This document shows, piece by piece, positions 33,456 through 41,936 of a DNA stretch of 41,936 bases. Origin of the DNA: a virus; the IMG/VR virus record IMGVR_UViG_3300040801_000626, positions 1-41,936 of that record. One strand, written 5' to 3'. Positions within the stretch are counted from its first letter, which is position 1. Each line of letters begins with the position of its first letter. The notes under the pieces were generated by a model. It made no database searches. It was not told where the DNA came from and was given only the letters and a program-made list of their open reading frames with translations. Made by a program: the position numbers and the translations under genes.

Positions 33456-33807
33456 TGAGATATTAGAAAACGAATTTGACCCGGAGTTTTTGGCTAACAA
33501 AGAAGCTGAAGGTAATGCCGTAGAAGAAAAGGTACAAGGGGACGCGATAGAGACTTTGCGTCGCCGCCGTTGGGCCTACCAAGAGGTATTTTCTACGAAG
33601 TCAACAGACCAAGAGGCTTTAGATATTGTGTTATTAGATTTAGCGCAATTTTGCAGAGGTTTTTCCCCTACCTTAGATATAACAGACGGTGTTAACGCGC
33701 AATTACTTATGAACGTTAAGGAGGGGAGACGCGAGGTGTTTCGTCGAGTTTTAGATTTTACACAACTTGATGAAGGCCAACTATATTATAAATATCATGC
33801 TAACTAA
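33448..33807 (+). CDS. Bbp19-like small head-module protein
   Basis: RRRRWAYQEVF...LDIVLLDLAQFCRG...EGRREVFRRVLDFTQL matches my recollection of the Bbp19-like family found after the portal in BPP-1-type phages. Confidence 0.55.
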   Translation: MPNEILENEFDPEFLANKEAEGNAVEEKVQGDAIETLRRRRWAYQEVFSTKSTDQEALDIVLLDLAQFCRGFSPTLDITDGVNAQLLMNVKEGRREVFRRVLDFTQLDEGQLYYKYHAN

Positions 33808-33821
33808 TAGGAGACGACCCC

Positions 33822-34820
33822 ATGAATAAATTTTTAACTTTAATGTCCATCACCCCTCTAGCCCTTATGGTCCTTGACGCTGAAGGGGGCGAAGGCGCTC
33901 CCGGCGCAGGCGCTTCAGGAGTTTTGACCCCAGAAGGCACCCCCGGGGCCGGAGGTGGTGAACCTGTAAAAGCCCCTTGGTCCGGCGCTGAAGGGGTTTA
34001 TAAAATTGGGGAAGGGGAGCAAGCTAAACCTTGGTGGGACGGCATTGAAGAGGCCCCTATCCGGGATTATATGGAAGAAAAACAGTACGCGACACCGGAC
34101 GATGCCGCCCGGGCGGCATGGCACGCTAACAAATTAGCAAAAGACCCCAACGCTATTGTTATGCCTGCTAAAGACGCGCCAAAGGAGCAATGGGATAGTT
34201 TCTACAATAAAATGGGGAGACCCGCAGAGGCTAATGCCTACGAGCTTAAGCTACCAGAGGGCGCAGATTTTGATAAGAGCGTACTAGAGTTTACGACACC
34301 TAAGGTTAAAGAGTTGTTACATAAGCTAGGGGCTACACCGGATAAGGCGCAAGAAGTGTACAGCGAGTGGGTAGCCATGGAACAAGAACTCATGGCCTTG
34401 GAGAAAACTCAATACCAAGAGGAAAACACGAAAGCTCTCGAAGCTTTGGAGCAAAAATGGAAAGCTCAGGGCAATTTACAAGGGATGCAAAAAGCCGGGC
34501 AGACGGCGGCGCAGGCTTTAGGCTATACCGCCGAAGAGATCGACCAGTTGTCCGATGTTTTAGGGGATGCTCGTGTAGTAGACCTTTTTGCCCGTATAGG
34601 TAGTGCCGTCCCTGAAGGTAAGTTTAAAGATGGGGGTACTAATAACGCAGACCCTAGTAACCCAGAGACTATGACACCCGATCAGGCCAAAGAAGCGATT
34701 GCTACTTTGAGAAGTGACGCCGAGTTTAATAAGAAGCTAAACGATAAAAACGAGCCGGGTCACGAGGATGCGCTTAAGCGTTTAGAAAAATTATACGCAA
34801 AAGCTTCACCAAAGAGTTGA
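33822..34820 (+). CDS. Scaffolding protein
   Basis: 332 aa, Ala/Glu/Lys-rich and helical, lying between portal and capsid. RBS AGGAGA. Followed by a terminator-like hairpin. Confidence 0.65.
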   Translation: MNKFLTLMSITPLALMVLDAEGGEGAPGAGASGVLTPEGTPGAGGGEPVKAPWSGAEGVYKIGEGEQAKPWWDGIEEAPIRDYMEEKQYATPDDAARAAWHANKLAKDPNAIVMPAKDAPKEQWDSFYNKMGRPAEANAYELKLPEGADFDKSVLEFTTPKVKELLHKLGATPDKAQEVYSEWVAMEQELMALEKTQYQEENTKALEALEQKWKAQGNLQGMQKAGQTAAQALGYTAEEIDQLSDVLGDARVVDLFARIGSAVPEGKFKDGGTNNADPSNPETMTPDQAKEAIATLRSDAEFNKKLNDKNEPGHEDALKRLEKLYAKASPKS

Positions 34821-34851
34821 CAAGCGTTATAGCATACGTGTAAAAATGAAG

Positions 34852-34877
34852 GGAGCTGGTTGTCCGGCTCCTTTCTT
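34852..34877 (+). terminator. Intrinsic terminator/attenuator after the scaffold gene
   Basis: GGAGCTGG-TTGT-CCGGCTCC (8 bp including one G.T pair), followed by TTTCTT. Confidence 0.6.
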
Positions 34878-35004
34878 GCATAGGGCCACGCAAAGTGAAT
34901 ACCCCTTATTTGCTCTCTAACGGGCCGTAGCCATACGAATACCCCACACGAGGCGTTAACCGGACAGACGGAATATTAATTTAACATTTATAAAGGGGTA
35001 TATT

Positions 35005-35931
35005 ATGCCAGAAACTTTAGCAAGCTATACGGTGCCACAGCACCACGTAGAGATGTATACGGCCAATGTCGTTGCCGCTCTCACAAAGATGCCGGGGGTC
35101 TTAATGACCTTGGTTAATACAGGTTCTTACCAAGGTGAACGCGCTCAGGTGATCAACTTTATTGGCCCGGTGGAATTTAAGGAGCGTGATACTCCTTATT
35201 CTGATACCAAAGTCACGCAACTGGAACACACCCAACGGTGGATTACAGGCGCGGAATACGATTGTGCTGTTTTAGTAGATCGTCTTGACACATTAAAGAT
35301 GATTTATGACCCAACAAGCCCATACGTCGAGCGTTTTCGTGAAGCCGCTGCCCGTCGTCAAGAGGAGCTTATTATGTCCTCTTTCTTTGCCGACGCTAAA
35401 TCCGGTAAGCGTGGATTGGAGACCGTATCGTTTCCTAACACGGATGTTGTAGCCCATGGTGGTACTCGTATGAGTGTCGCTAAGTTACGCGCCACACGGA
35501 AGCTGATGAAAAAGCGTCATGTTAACCTACGTATGCAACGGCCATATATCGCCGTTACAGCCGACGAGGTTGATGATCTCTTGGGCGAGGTTGCCGTTGG
35601 TTCTAACGACTATAACTCCGTTAAGCCTTTGGTGGATGGTGAAGTGTCCAGCTTTATGGGCTTCACCTTTGTGCCTTACGAGGACAGCGGGGACGGTGCC
35701 GATGGTAAATCCATTCCAACGTACCTTGACGGGGGTAACACTATCCGGGAACTTCCTGTTTGGGTAATGGATGGTATGCACTACGGTTCATGGGACGCGC
35801 TTGAAATTGTTATCAACAACCGAGCTGATAAGAATAATATCAAGCAAATCCACGGCACGTTTACAGGCGGCTCTACTCGTCAAGAGGAAGGCAAAGTCTT
35901 TAAGTTGGAAGTGGATACCGACGCGGCTTAA
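35005..35931 (+). CDS. Major capsid protein (HK97 fold, epsilon15/BPP-1-like type)
   Basis: 308 aa, directly after the scaffold and bracketed by hairpins. The N-terminal pattern ...VEMYTANVVAALTKMPGVLMTLVNTGSYQGERAQVINFIG... resembles capsid proteins of that group (from memory). Confidence 0.7.
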   Translation: MPETLASYTVPQHHVEMYTANVVAALTKMPGVLMTLVNTGSYQGERAQVINFIGPVEFKERDTPYSDTKVTQLEHTQRWITGAEYDCAVLVDRLDTLKMIYDPTSPYVERFREAAARRQEELIMSSFFADAKSGKRGLETVSFPNTDVVAHGGTRMSVAKLRATRKLMKKRHVNLRMQRPYIAVTADEVDDLLGEVAVGSNDYNSVKPLVDGEVSSFMGFTFVPYEDSGDGADGKSIPTYLDGGNTIRELPVWVMDGMHYGSWDALEIVINNRADKNNIKQIHGTFTGGSTRQEEGKVFKLEVDTDAA

Positions 35932-35938
35932 TAACACA

Positions 35939-35970
35939 GAGATAAAGCTGGCCTCGGTTAGCTTTATCTC
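35939..35970 (+). terminator. Stem-loop after the capsid gene (attenuator / mRNA stabiliser)
   Basis: A perfect 11-bp stem, GAGATAAAGCT with AGCTTTATCTC, and a 10-nt loop. The T-tract that follows is weak. Confidence 0.5.
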
Positions 35971-36005
35971 CTATCATTGACACACATTTAATAAAGGAGG
36001 CCATA

Positions 36006-36473
36006 ATGGCTGTAGAAGCATTTAAATCAGTAGAGCGCACCCCGGGATACCGGGGTAAGCCCGTAAACGATCACGGCAAGTTCCGTGTTCAACATTTTAC
36101 ATTCACCGCCGATAAAGTTGGGGATGCAAATTCCACGATTGAACTTTGTAAGCTCCCTGAAGGGGAAGTCCGGGTTTACCCCTCCAAATCGCGTTTTGAA
36201 GGCGCGGCCTTTGGGGCGGCGCGGACCTTGGATATTGGACACCGTAAATATCAGAACCGGGCTAACCCCTCGGAGCCTTTGATCGCCGAAGACCCCGACG
36301 CTTTTGTGGACGGTCTTGACGTATCTGCGGCGGTAGCGGACACCAAGTTTTCCAACGAACTGTCTTTTGACTTGTTTAGCCAATCAGGTGTTGGTATCTT
36401 TGCGACCGTACTAGGAGGTACAATTCCTAATGGTACGACTATTTCCGGGTATATTGTGTACACTCACGAGTAA
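36006..36473 (+). CDS. Capsid decoration/cement protein (155 aa)
   Basis: RBS AAGGAGG. Its position immediately after the capsid gene and its size and beta-rich sequence match the jelly-roll cement proteins of BPP-1/epsilon15-type capsids. Inferred from position. Confidence 0.5.
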   Translation: MAVEAFKSVERTPGYRGKPVNDHGKFRVQHFTFTADKVGDANSTIELCKLPEGEVRVYPSKSRFEGAAFGAARTLDIGHRKYQNRANPSEPLIAEDPDAFVDGLDVSAAVADTKFSNELSFDLFSQSGVGIFATVLGGTIPNGTTISGYIVYTHE

Positions 36474-36506
36474 ACTGATACTACTAACCCTTAAAAAGGC
36501 CGACAC

Positions 36507-37079
36507 ATGCTAACTGATGTTGATATTATCAATAATGGGCTAGGCAAAGTGTCGGCCTCTAAGGTTATAAAGATAGACCCCCCCTCTACGGAGTTGGAGG
36601 CTTTTTGCGCCGCAAGATACCCACAGTGGAAGAGGTCCGAGTTAGCTAAACGTCGGTGGGTTTTTGCGTTAGAAGACGACTATGAGTTAACGTTAAGCGA
36701 AGTTAAAGACAACGTTAGCCAACCCTACAAGTACCCCCTACCTATAGACTGTTTAAGACCCGTTAGAGGGAAGTACGATAGGTGGAAGCAAAGAGGTAAG
36801 TTTCTGTACAGCGAAAGTAGCAGGCTTATAATAGACTACATAAAAGATGTAGACGAAAGTGAGTTTGACGTTTTATTTAACGACGTGCTTTCAGGTAGAA
36901 TAGCTTATGAGGTGGTAGAGTACCAAACCCAATCTAACAAAAAGAAAGAAGACGCAAAGTTACTCCACTACGATAGTGCGTTAAAAGAAGCCGCTTTGGC
37001 CAACGCTTTTATTATAGGGCCGGAAGATATAGCCTCGGACGACGGAGATTTTAGCTTTGTAAATAGCAGATATGCCTAA
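36507..37079 (+). CDS. Head-tail adaptor / tail tubular protein A-like
   Basis: 190 aa. The N-terminus DIINNGLGKVSASKVIKIDPPSTELEAFCAARYPQWKRSELAKRRWVFA matches the common podovirus adaptor pattern (IcN-AL-lG...i-s-dd-s-eA--c---Y---r---L----W-FA). Confidence 0.6.
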   Translation: MLTDVDIINNGLGKVSASKVIKIDPPSTELEAFCAARYPQWKRSELAKRRWVFALEDDYELTLSEVKDNVSQPYKYPLPIDCLRPVRGKYDRWKQRGKFLYSESSRLIIDYIKDVDESEFDVLFNDVLSGRIAYEVVEYQTQSNKKKEDAKLLHYDSALKEAALANAFIIGPEDIASDDGDFSFVNSRYA

Positions 37080-39816
37080 AGCAAGCCCCTTAAAAAATTC
37101 ATTTAGCGCCGGAGAATTTAGCCCTTTTGTTGAAGGGCGTACGGAGATTGATAGATACCCCAACTCATGCCGTAAGCTTAGGGACAGCATAGCCGCCCCA
37201 CAAGGCCCGGCTATTTCACGCTCCGGCTCCGCGTTCCTCGCCGAGTCATACGACCATGACACCCCTAGCGAATTTGTGCCTTTTGTGTTTAGCGAGGAAG
37301 AGGCTTTTGTATTAGACTTTACGGACAACCGTATGAGGATATGCTCCGAGGACGGCTTGCTCGTAGAAAGCGCCGTCAATATAACCGTGGTAACAACGGA
37401 CCCTTTTGTTATAGACGCGCCGGGGGTAGGGGCTGTATTGGGCGATCAGATTATATTTTTAGGGTTTCCTTCAGAATATAATATGGAGGGTAGGCAAGCG
37501 ACGATTACCGCCATCTCAGGCGACGAGTACACCCTCGCTTTCACATGGCCTTCAGGTTTAGCCGTACCGGGAGGTATTCAAGTTTCCCGGGTGTATGCTA
37601 TTGATAGCCCCTACGGGGCGGCGCAATTAAATAGTCTTCGTTCTGTACAGTCTTTAGATGTAGTATATTTAACCAATTTGCAAAATCGACCTTATAAGTT
37701 AAATCGTAGGGACACATACAAATGGGATTTTGAGCCTATTGAGTTTAATGATGGTCCGTACCAACCAACTCTTATAGAGGACACTCGGGTAACGTGGAGC
37801 GCAACGGGCAGAGCCACACCTAAAATGACAGACAATACCACCCCCTCAGGTTCCGTTACGGCCAGCACGGCAGGGGGTGGAGGTAGCGGGGCCGAGGCGT
37901 TTAGAGCCTTTGACCAAACAGAAGAGTTTGGGTGGATTGCAACGACGACACAAAAGGCGTGGGTTCAATATACGTTTGATGTAGACACCGCCGTAGATGG
38001 TTTTTCGATAACGTTGCAGGAACGTAACGGGGACATAAGCTATACGACTAAAGATTTTGCCCCCTTAGCGTTTACGTTTTATGGCATAGATGTAGGAGGA
38101 GACTTAACGGTTCTTCATAAGGAAAAAGAGTATGTAGCCTACGAGGGTAAAAAGTCTTTATTTTTTGAACTTAAAAATAAAACGGCCTATAGGAGTTATA
38201 GGCTAGATATTACCGAGCTAGATAGGAACGGAGATTTAAAACCTAGTGTAGGAGAGTTAATACTTAGAGGCGTAGAAAACCGTAACGTTACGTTAACGTT
38301 TGATAAGACGGACGGTATAAATGCTGGAGACGGTTTAAAGAGTACGGACGTAGGTAGGCTTATTAGGATTAAGGACCCTGACGGGTCTTGGCGTTCTTTA
38401 AAAATTACTTCTGTCACAAACACAACGGAGTGCGTCGCGTATATAGAGGGAGAGCCTTTTTCCGCTATAGGGGATAGTACCGATAACTTTAAGCTAGGAT
38501 ATTGGAGCGATACAACAGGATGGCCTAATGCGGTTGCGTTTTATCAAGATCGAGCGTGGTGGGGGGGGTCTACGAAAGCGCCGGACCTTGTAGTGGGTTC
38601 TGTTGTAGGAGACTACGAAAATATGCAAACCAGCACCCCTAAAGGTGAGGTTTTAGATACGTCGGCCATATCTATACGTTTAAATAGCCGTAAGCTTTCT
38701 CGGGTAAAATGGATTGAAGAGAGTGACAAGGGGTTACTTGTAGGCACCGGGTCCGAGGAATACGTCATTAAAGCGGCCAACGGGTCTACTAAGAACATCT
38801 CTGCCGAGAACGTAAGTGCAGTACGAGCGACCCGTAGAGGCTCGGCAGGGATTAACCCGGCTGTTGTGGACGACACGGTTTTATATGTACAAAGGTCTGC
38901 ACGGACCTTGCGAGAATATGCGTTTAATTTTGAGGCCGACAACTTCAGATCGCCCTCCATGAACCTATTGGCTAACCATATCGGTGCGGTGCCTTTTAAA
39001 AAATTAGAGTATGCCGCCGAGCCTCACAGTATTATATGGTGCTTACGGGAAGACGGAAGCCTAGTAGGGTTAACGTATAATAGGGAAGAAAACGTAGTGG
39101 GTTGGCACCAACACGATATATCCGGCGCTGTTATAGAGAGCATAGCCGTTATCCCCGCTAGAGACCAGTTGCAAGATATATTGTTTATGAGTGTAAAGCG
39201 TGTCGTTAATGGAGAAGACCGCCGATATATAGAAAAGCTAACAAGGTTTTGGGACTTTGGTATGGATTTAGACGTAGCCCATTTTGTTGATAGCGGCCTT
39301 AGGTACACAGGTGAGGCTACTACAGAGTTTTATGGGCTAACGCACTTAGAAGGGGAAGAGGTATACGGATTGGCCGACGGTATACCTGTAGGTCCCCTAA
39401 CTGTAACAGGAGGTATGATTACCTTAGAACATGAAGCCGAAAACATAGTATTAGGGTTAGGCTTTGAGAGCTATGGGGAAACACAGAGGTTAGACGTAGG
39501 CTCCTCTAAGGGTACGGCGTTAGGTAAAGAGAAGCGTATACACTCTTGGGACTTGATAGTATGGAGGTCCTACGGGGGGGATTTAGGAACTTGGAACGAA
39601 GACACAAAAGAGGTGAGTTGGTCCCCTATCGAGTATGTAGAGCGTTTTGATGAATTAACCAAAATAACTCTTTTTGACGACGAGAAAAGAGGAGAAAGTC
39701 CGGCAAACCAGCATAATAAAAGAGGTACGATTTTTTGGAGGCGACGTAAAGACCAACCTTTGCCCCTTAACATAGTTGCCCTAATGCCCAATATGGACAC
39801 ACAGGACGACCGATGA
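37072..39816 (+). CDS. Tail nozzle / tail tubular protein B-like protein (914 aa) with an inserted discoidin-like domain
   Basis: Follows the adaptor with an overlap. The motif GWPNAVAFYQDRAWWGG is typical of this family. The central insert (about 37800-38275) has an F5/8-type-C-like pattern. Confidence 0.65.
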   Translation: MPKASPLKNSFSAGEFSPFVEGRTEIDRYPNSCRKLRDSIAAPQGPAISRSGSAFLAESYDHDTPSEFVPFVFSEEEAFVLDFTDNRMRICSEDGLLVESAVNITVVTTDPFVIDAPGVGAVLGDQIIFLGFPSEYNMEGRQATITAISGDEYTLAFTWPSGLAVPGGIQVSRVYAIDSPYGAAQLNSLRSVQSLDVVYLTNLQNRPYKLNRRDTYKWDFEPIEFNDGPYQPTLIEDTRVTWSATGRATPKMTDNTTPSGSVTASTAGGGGSGAEAFRAFDQTEEFGWIATTTQKAWVQYTFDVDTAVDGFSITLQERNGDISYTTKDFAPLAFTFYGIDVGGDLTVLHKEKEYVAYEGKKSLFFELKNKTAYRSYRLDITELDRNGDLKPSVGELILRGVENRNVTLTFDKTDGINAGDGLKSTDVGRLIRIKDPDGSWRSLKITSVTNTTECVAYIEGEPFSAIGDSTDNFKLGYWSDTTGWPNAVAFYQDRAWWGGSTKAPDLVVGSVVGDYENMQTSTPKGEVLDTSAISIRLNSRKLSRVKWIEESDKGLLVGTGSEEYVIKAANGSTKNISAENVSAVRATRRGSAGINPAVVDDTVLYVQRSARTLREYAFNFEADNFRSPSMNLLANHIGAVPFKKLEYAAEPHSIIWCLREDGSLVGLTYNREENVVGWHQHDISGAVIESIAVIPARDQLQDILFMSVKRVVNGEDRRYIEKLTRFWDFGMDLDVAHFVDSGLRYTGEATTEFYGLTHLEGEEVYGLADGIPVGPLTVTGGMITLEHEAENIVLGLGFESYGETQRLDVGSSKGTALGKEKRIHSWDLIVWRSYGGDLGTWNEDTKEVSWSPIEYVERFDELTKITLFDDEKRGESPANQHNKRGTIFWRRRKDQPLPLNIVALMPNMDTQDDR

Positions 39817-40250
39817 TAGATTTTAAGCCCTGTAAAAAAGAATATATCTCTCAGATCATACCGCCCGAGACCCTTAAAGAGGACGCACAGGTAGCGTATA
39901 ATAATCCGGCCATCTTACAAATGATTGATAAAGGGGTGTCCTCTTCAATGTGGGTAAGAGACACCCCCATGGCCGCCGTTGGGGTCATTCCTATTTTCCC
40001 GGGAAAAAGGGCTGTCGTGTGGGCTTTAGTATCTAGGCATAGTGGGCCTTATATGTTACCGTTGCTTCGGTTTATGAAAGCTTTTTTAGCTGAGGACACC
40101 ACAGATCGTTTAGAATTTTTAGTTTTAGAGGATTTTAAAGCCGGGCATAAGTTGGCAAGGATGCTCGGATTTAAGTGTGAGACCCCTGAGGGCATGAAAA
40201 AGCATAGTGCGGTTGGTTCCACCGAATATCTATATGCGAGGGTTAAATGA
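39813..40250 (+). CDS. GNAT-fold-like small protein in the virion module (145 aa)
   Basis: The C-terminus AGHKLARMLGFKCETPEG, preceded by RLEFLVLEDF, resembles the GNAT C-terminal half. There is no clear Q/R-x-x-G-x-G motif. Confidence 0.45.
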   Translation: MIDFKPCKKEYISQIIPPETLKEDAQVAYNNPAILQMIDKGVSSSMWVRDTPMAAVGVIPIFPGKRAVVWALVSRHSGPYMLPLLRFMKAFLAEDTTDRLEFLVLEDFKAGHKLARMLGFKCETPEGMKKHSAVGSTEYLYARVK

Positions 40251-40759
40251 GTTTTGCGATAGCAGGGATTGCGCTTACAGCCGTACAAGGCTTTATGAGC
40301 TACCAAGCGGAGATGCAGGCCGCAGAGGCCGCACAACAGGCCGCAGAGGCGCAGGCGCAAGTCATGGAATACAACATGACAATAGCCCAACAGGACCGTA
40401 TTCAAAATATAAGGTTATCAGAGCAAGAAAGTGACGACGAGGCGAGAAGGGGACGAAGAGAGTTAGCTCGTATAAGAGCCGCATATGGGGCCAGTGGAGT
40501 AGAGCTTTCCGGCTCCCCCTTGGAGGTATTAGAGTCGTCGGCTATAGACCAAGCGTTAGATGTACGTAGGGTAGATTATGAAGGCAAAACAAGAGCGCGT
40601 AGAGACGCTCAGTCCGTACTTGGATATAAGAATGAGTCTATAATGAAAAGGGCAGAGGGGCGTAACGCTATGAAGGCCGGACGCATGAAGGCTTACGGAC
40701 AACTACTCAAAGCTGGCACGTCCGTGGCCGGAGACTTAAACGCAATGAGTGGGGGTTAA
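40247..40759 (+). CDS. Internal virion protein (170 aa)
   Basis: An N-terminal hydrophobic helix MSFAIAGIALTAVQGFMSY followed by AEAAQQAAEAQAQ, which resembles small core/ejection proteins (T7 gp14-like position). Confidence 0.55.
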   Translation: MSFAIAGIALTAVQGFMSYQAEMQAAEAAQQAAEAQAQVMEYNMTIAQQDRIQNIRLSEQESDDEARRGRRELARIRAAYGASGVELSGSPLEVLESSAIDQALDVRRVDYEGKTRARRDAQSVLGYKNESIMKRAEGRNAMKAGRMKAYGQLLKAGTSVAGDLNAMSGG

Positions 40760-40761
40760 CA

Positions 40762-41936
40762 ATGCCGCAGTTATATAGTAGTAAAATATCGGCAGGGGCT
40801 TTACGCTCCAATACTCCCCCAATGAACTTTTCTATCACCCCGGACGCTTACGGTGCCGGGGTAGGGAGGGCTTTAGGCGCGGCGGCTGAAGGGGTAGGGC
40901 AAGCGGCAGATCAGTTCCGTATATTAGCGGAAAAAGAAAAAGCCCAAGAGGTTGCTACTAGCGTTGCCACTTTCGATGCAACCCAAGAGTTATTAGAGGC
41001 GCGGAACGAAGTAGGACCCGGCGCGGAGGGGTATGCTGAGAAGGCTCCTACTATATATCGGGATGCGGTAGAAAATCATGTAAGGGGTATAAAGGACGAT
41101 AAAGCGCGTAGTGAAACGCGGGACAGTTTATTACAACGTTTGCCAAGCGTTATGTCCCAAGCGGCGACGTATGAGTTTACTACAAGAGCCGAATACTCAA
41201 AATCGCAATCCGACGACGCTATAAAGGCTATCGAAAACCGCGTTATGCTAGACCCTGTTAATTACAGCACCCACCTAGAGGACGGCTTGCGGGTTATTGA
41301 TACGTCGCAAGGGGTTGTAGAAACAGCCAAAAGTAGCATGAAAGCTACCTTTAAAGAAAATATGGCAAGTACCTACTTTGGTAGTAGGTTACAAAAAGCC
41401 ACAACTTTACAAGAGTTTGACGGGTTGGCCTTAGAGTTAGCGGAGGGTAAAACACGGGATTGGACAAAAGAGTTTAGTCCTGAAGGGTTACAACGTACTT
41501 TAAACGCTATAGGGGTTGCTAAGAAAACATACCAAAACGAGGTACGATCTGCGGCGAGTTCTGCCGTACAAATGTTAGAAGGCCGCGTCGAGGATTTAAT
41601 ACCTACAAATGAATTGGCCAACGCGCAGGCGACGGTTAAACAACTTGGTAACGACCCAGAGAGTATAAATGTAAAGCGCCGTATGGCTCGGGTTATGCGT
41701 AACCAAGAGATCATTAAAGGGGTACAAAGATTGGCCCCCTCCGAGCAACGCACCCTGCTTAACCAGCGTAACGGAGGCCCTAACTTATCCTACCCGGGAT
41801 TGCCTCAAAGGGTATCGTCTGCGGTGGATAATGCGGCCACTAATTTTAACGTACCCGCTTCTTATCTAGGGGCTATGGTTAGCCGGGAATACGGTCAATA
41901 CCTAAAGCCTACTAAGGTAGCCAAAGATAAATTTAA
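40762..41936 (+). CDS. N-terminal part of the wrap-around internal virion protein (continues at 118..2062 of the circular map)
   Basis: ATG 40762 lies 3 nt after the upstream stop. I translated it by hand to the window end without meeting a stop (MPQLYSSKISAGALRSNTPP ... GLPQRVSSAVDNAATNF...). It is not in the ORF track because it has no stop inside the window. Confidence 0.8.
   Translation, partial: MPQLYSSKISAGALRSNTPPMNFSITPDAYGAGVGRALGAAAEGVGQAADQFRILAEKEKAQEVATSVATFDATQELLEARNEVGPGAEGYAEKAPTIYRDAVENHVRGIKDDKARSETRDSLLQRLPSVMSQAATYEFTTRAEYSKSQSDDAIKAIENRVMLDPVNYSTHLEDGLRVIDTSQGVVETAKSSMKATFKENMASTYFGSRLQKATTLQEFDGLALELAEGKTRDWTKEFSPEGLQRTLNAIGVAKKTYQNEVRSAASSAVQMLEGRVEDLIPTNELANAQATVKQLGNDPESINVKRRMARVMRNQEIIKGVQRLAPSEQRTLLNQRNGGPNLSYPGLPQRVSSAVDNAATNFNVPASYLGAMVSREYGQYLKPTKVAKDKF
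41820..41936. repeat. Right copy of the 117-bp terminal direct repeat
   Basis: Identical to 1-117. Confidence 0.95.

Noticed and set aside
35977-36007. TTGACA-N19-CATAAT upstream of the decoration gene
   Set aside because: The -10 overlaps the ATG (36006), so a transcript from it could not encode the protein. The spacer is also too long.
1-41936. Searched by eye for tRNA/tmRNA genes, integrase/attP, a CI/Cro-type switch, toxin-antitoxin pairs, methyltransferases and nucleotide-modification genes
   Set aside because: I saw no cloverleaf-like sequence in the non-coding gaps, and no ORF carries the corresponding catalytic motifs. Absence by eye is not proof: tRNAscan-SE/ARAGORN and HMM searches should confirm it.

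Overview
The window is one complete, terminally redundant copy of a tailed dsDNA phage genome. It has a podovirus-type virion module, and the host is Gram-negative, judged from the spanin pair. Bases 1-117 are identical to 41820-41936, so the unique length is 41,819 bp. The junction falls inside a gene: the frame open from ATG 40762 to the window end continues in frame into 5..2062, giving a ~1039-aa internal virion protein with a lytic-transglycosylase motif. Two arms diverge from an ~800-bp ORF-free control region (27210-28009) and converge at 10291-10484.

Leftward (minus) arm, in transcription order:
- a sigma70-like promoter;
- seven small ORFan genes (27209 down to 23539), with a repeated structured element in each of the five gaps between the first six;
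- an intrinsic terminator (23493-23517) and a second promoter;
- about a dozen small or regulatory genes;
- a replication/recombination module: RuvC-like resolvase, DUF1653-like protein, SNF2 helicase, DUF2800-type PD-(D/E)XK nuclease, DUF2815-type SSB, family A DNA polymerase and a PrimPol-helicase.

Rightward (plus) arm, in order:
- one monocistronic gene with a strong terminator;
- terS, inverted and carrying its own promoter;
- terL, a GNAT, a T7-type portal, a Bbp19-like protein, scaffold, major capsid, decoration protein, adaptor and a 914-aa nozzle protein;
- a second GNAT-like gene and four internal/ejection proteins;
- tail fibre;
- a lysis cassette: membrane proteins, a signal-anchored M15 endolysin and overlapping i/o-spanins.

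I saw no tRNA, rRNA, CRISPR array, integrase or lysogeny module, phage RNA polymerase or reverse transcriptase.

The best candidate for something new is the early leftward array at 23539-27209. Its ORFan genes are punctuated by five copies of a ~45-nt element whose stem shows compensatory base changes, and three copies also carry a shared leader/RBS. This looks like a cassette-style host-takeover or anti-defence island with RNA-level processing or shuffling signals. All functional calls rest on motif recognition by eye; no database search was possible.
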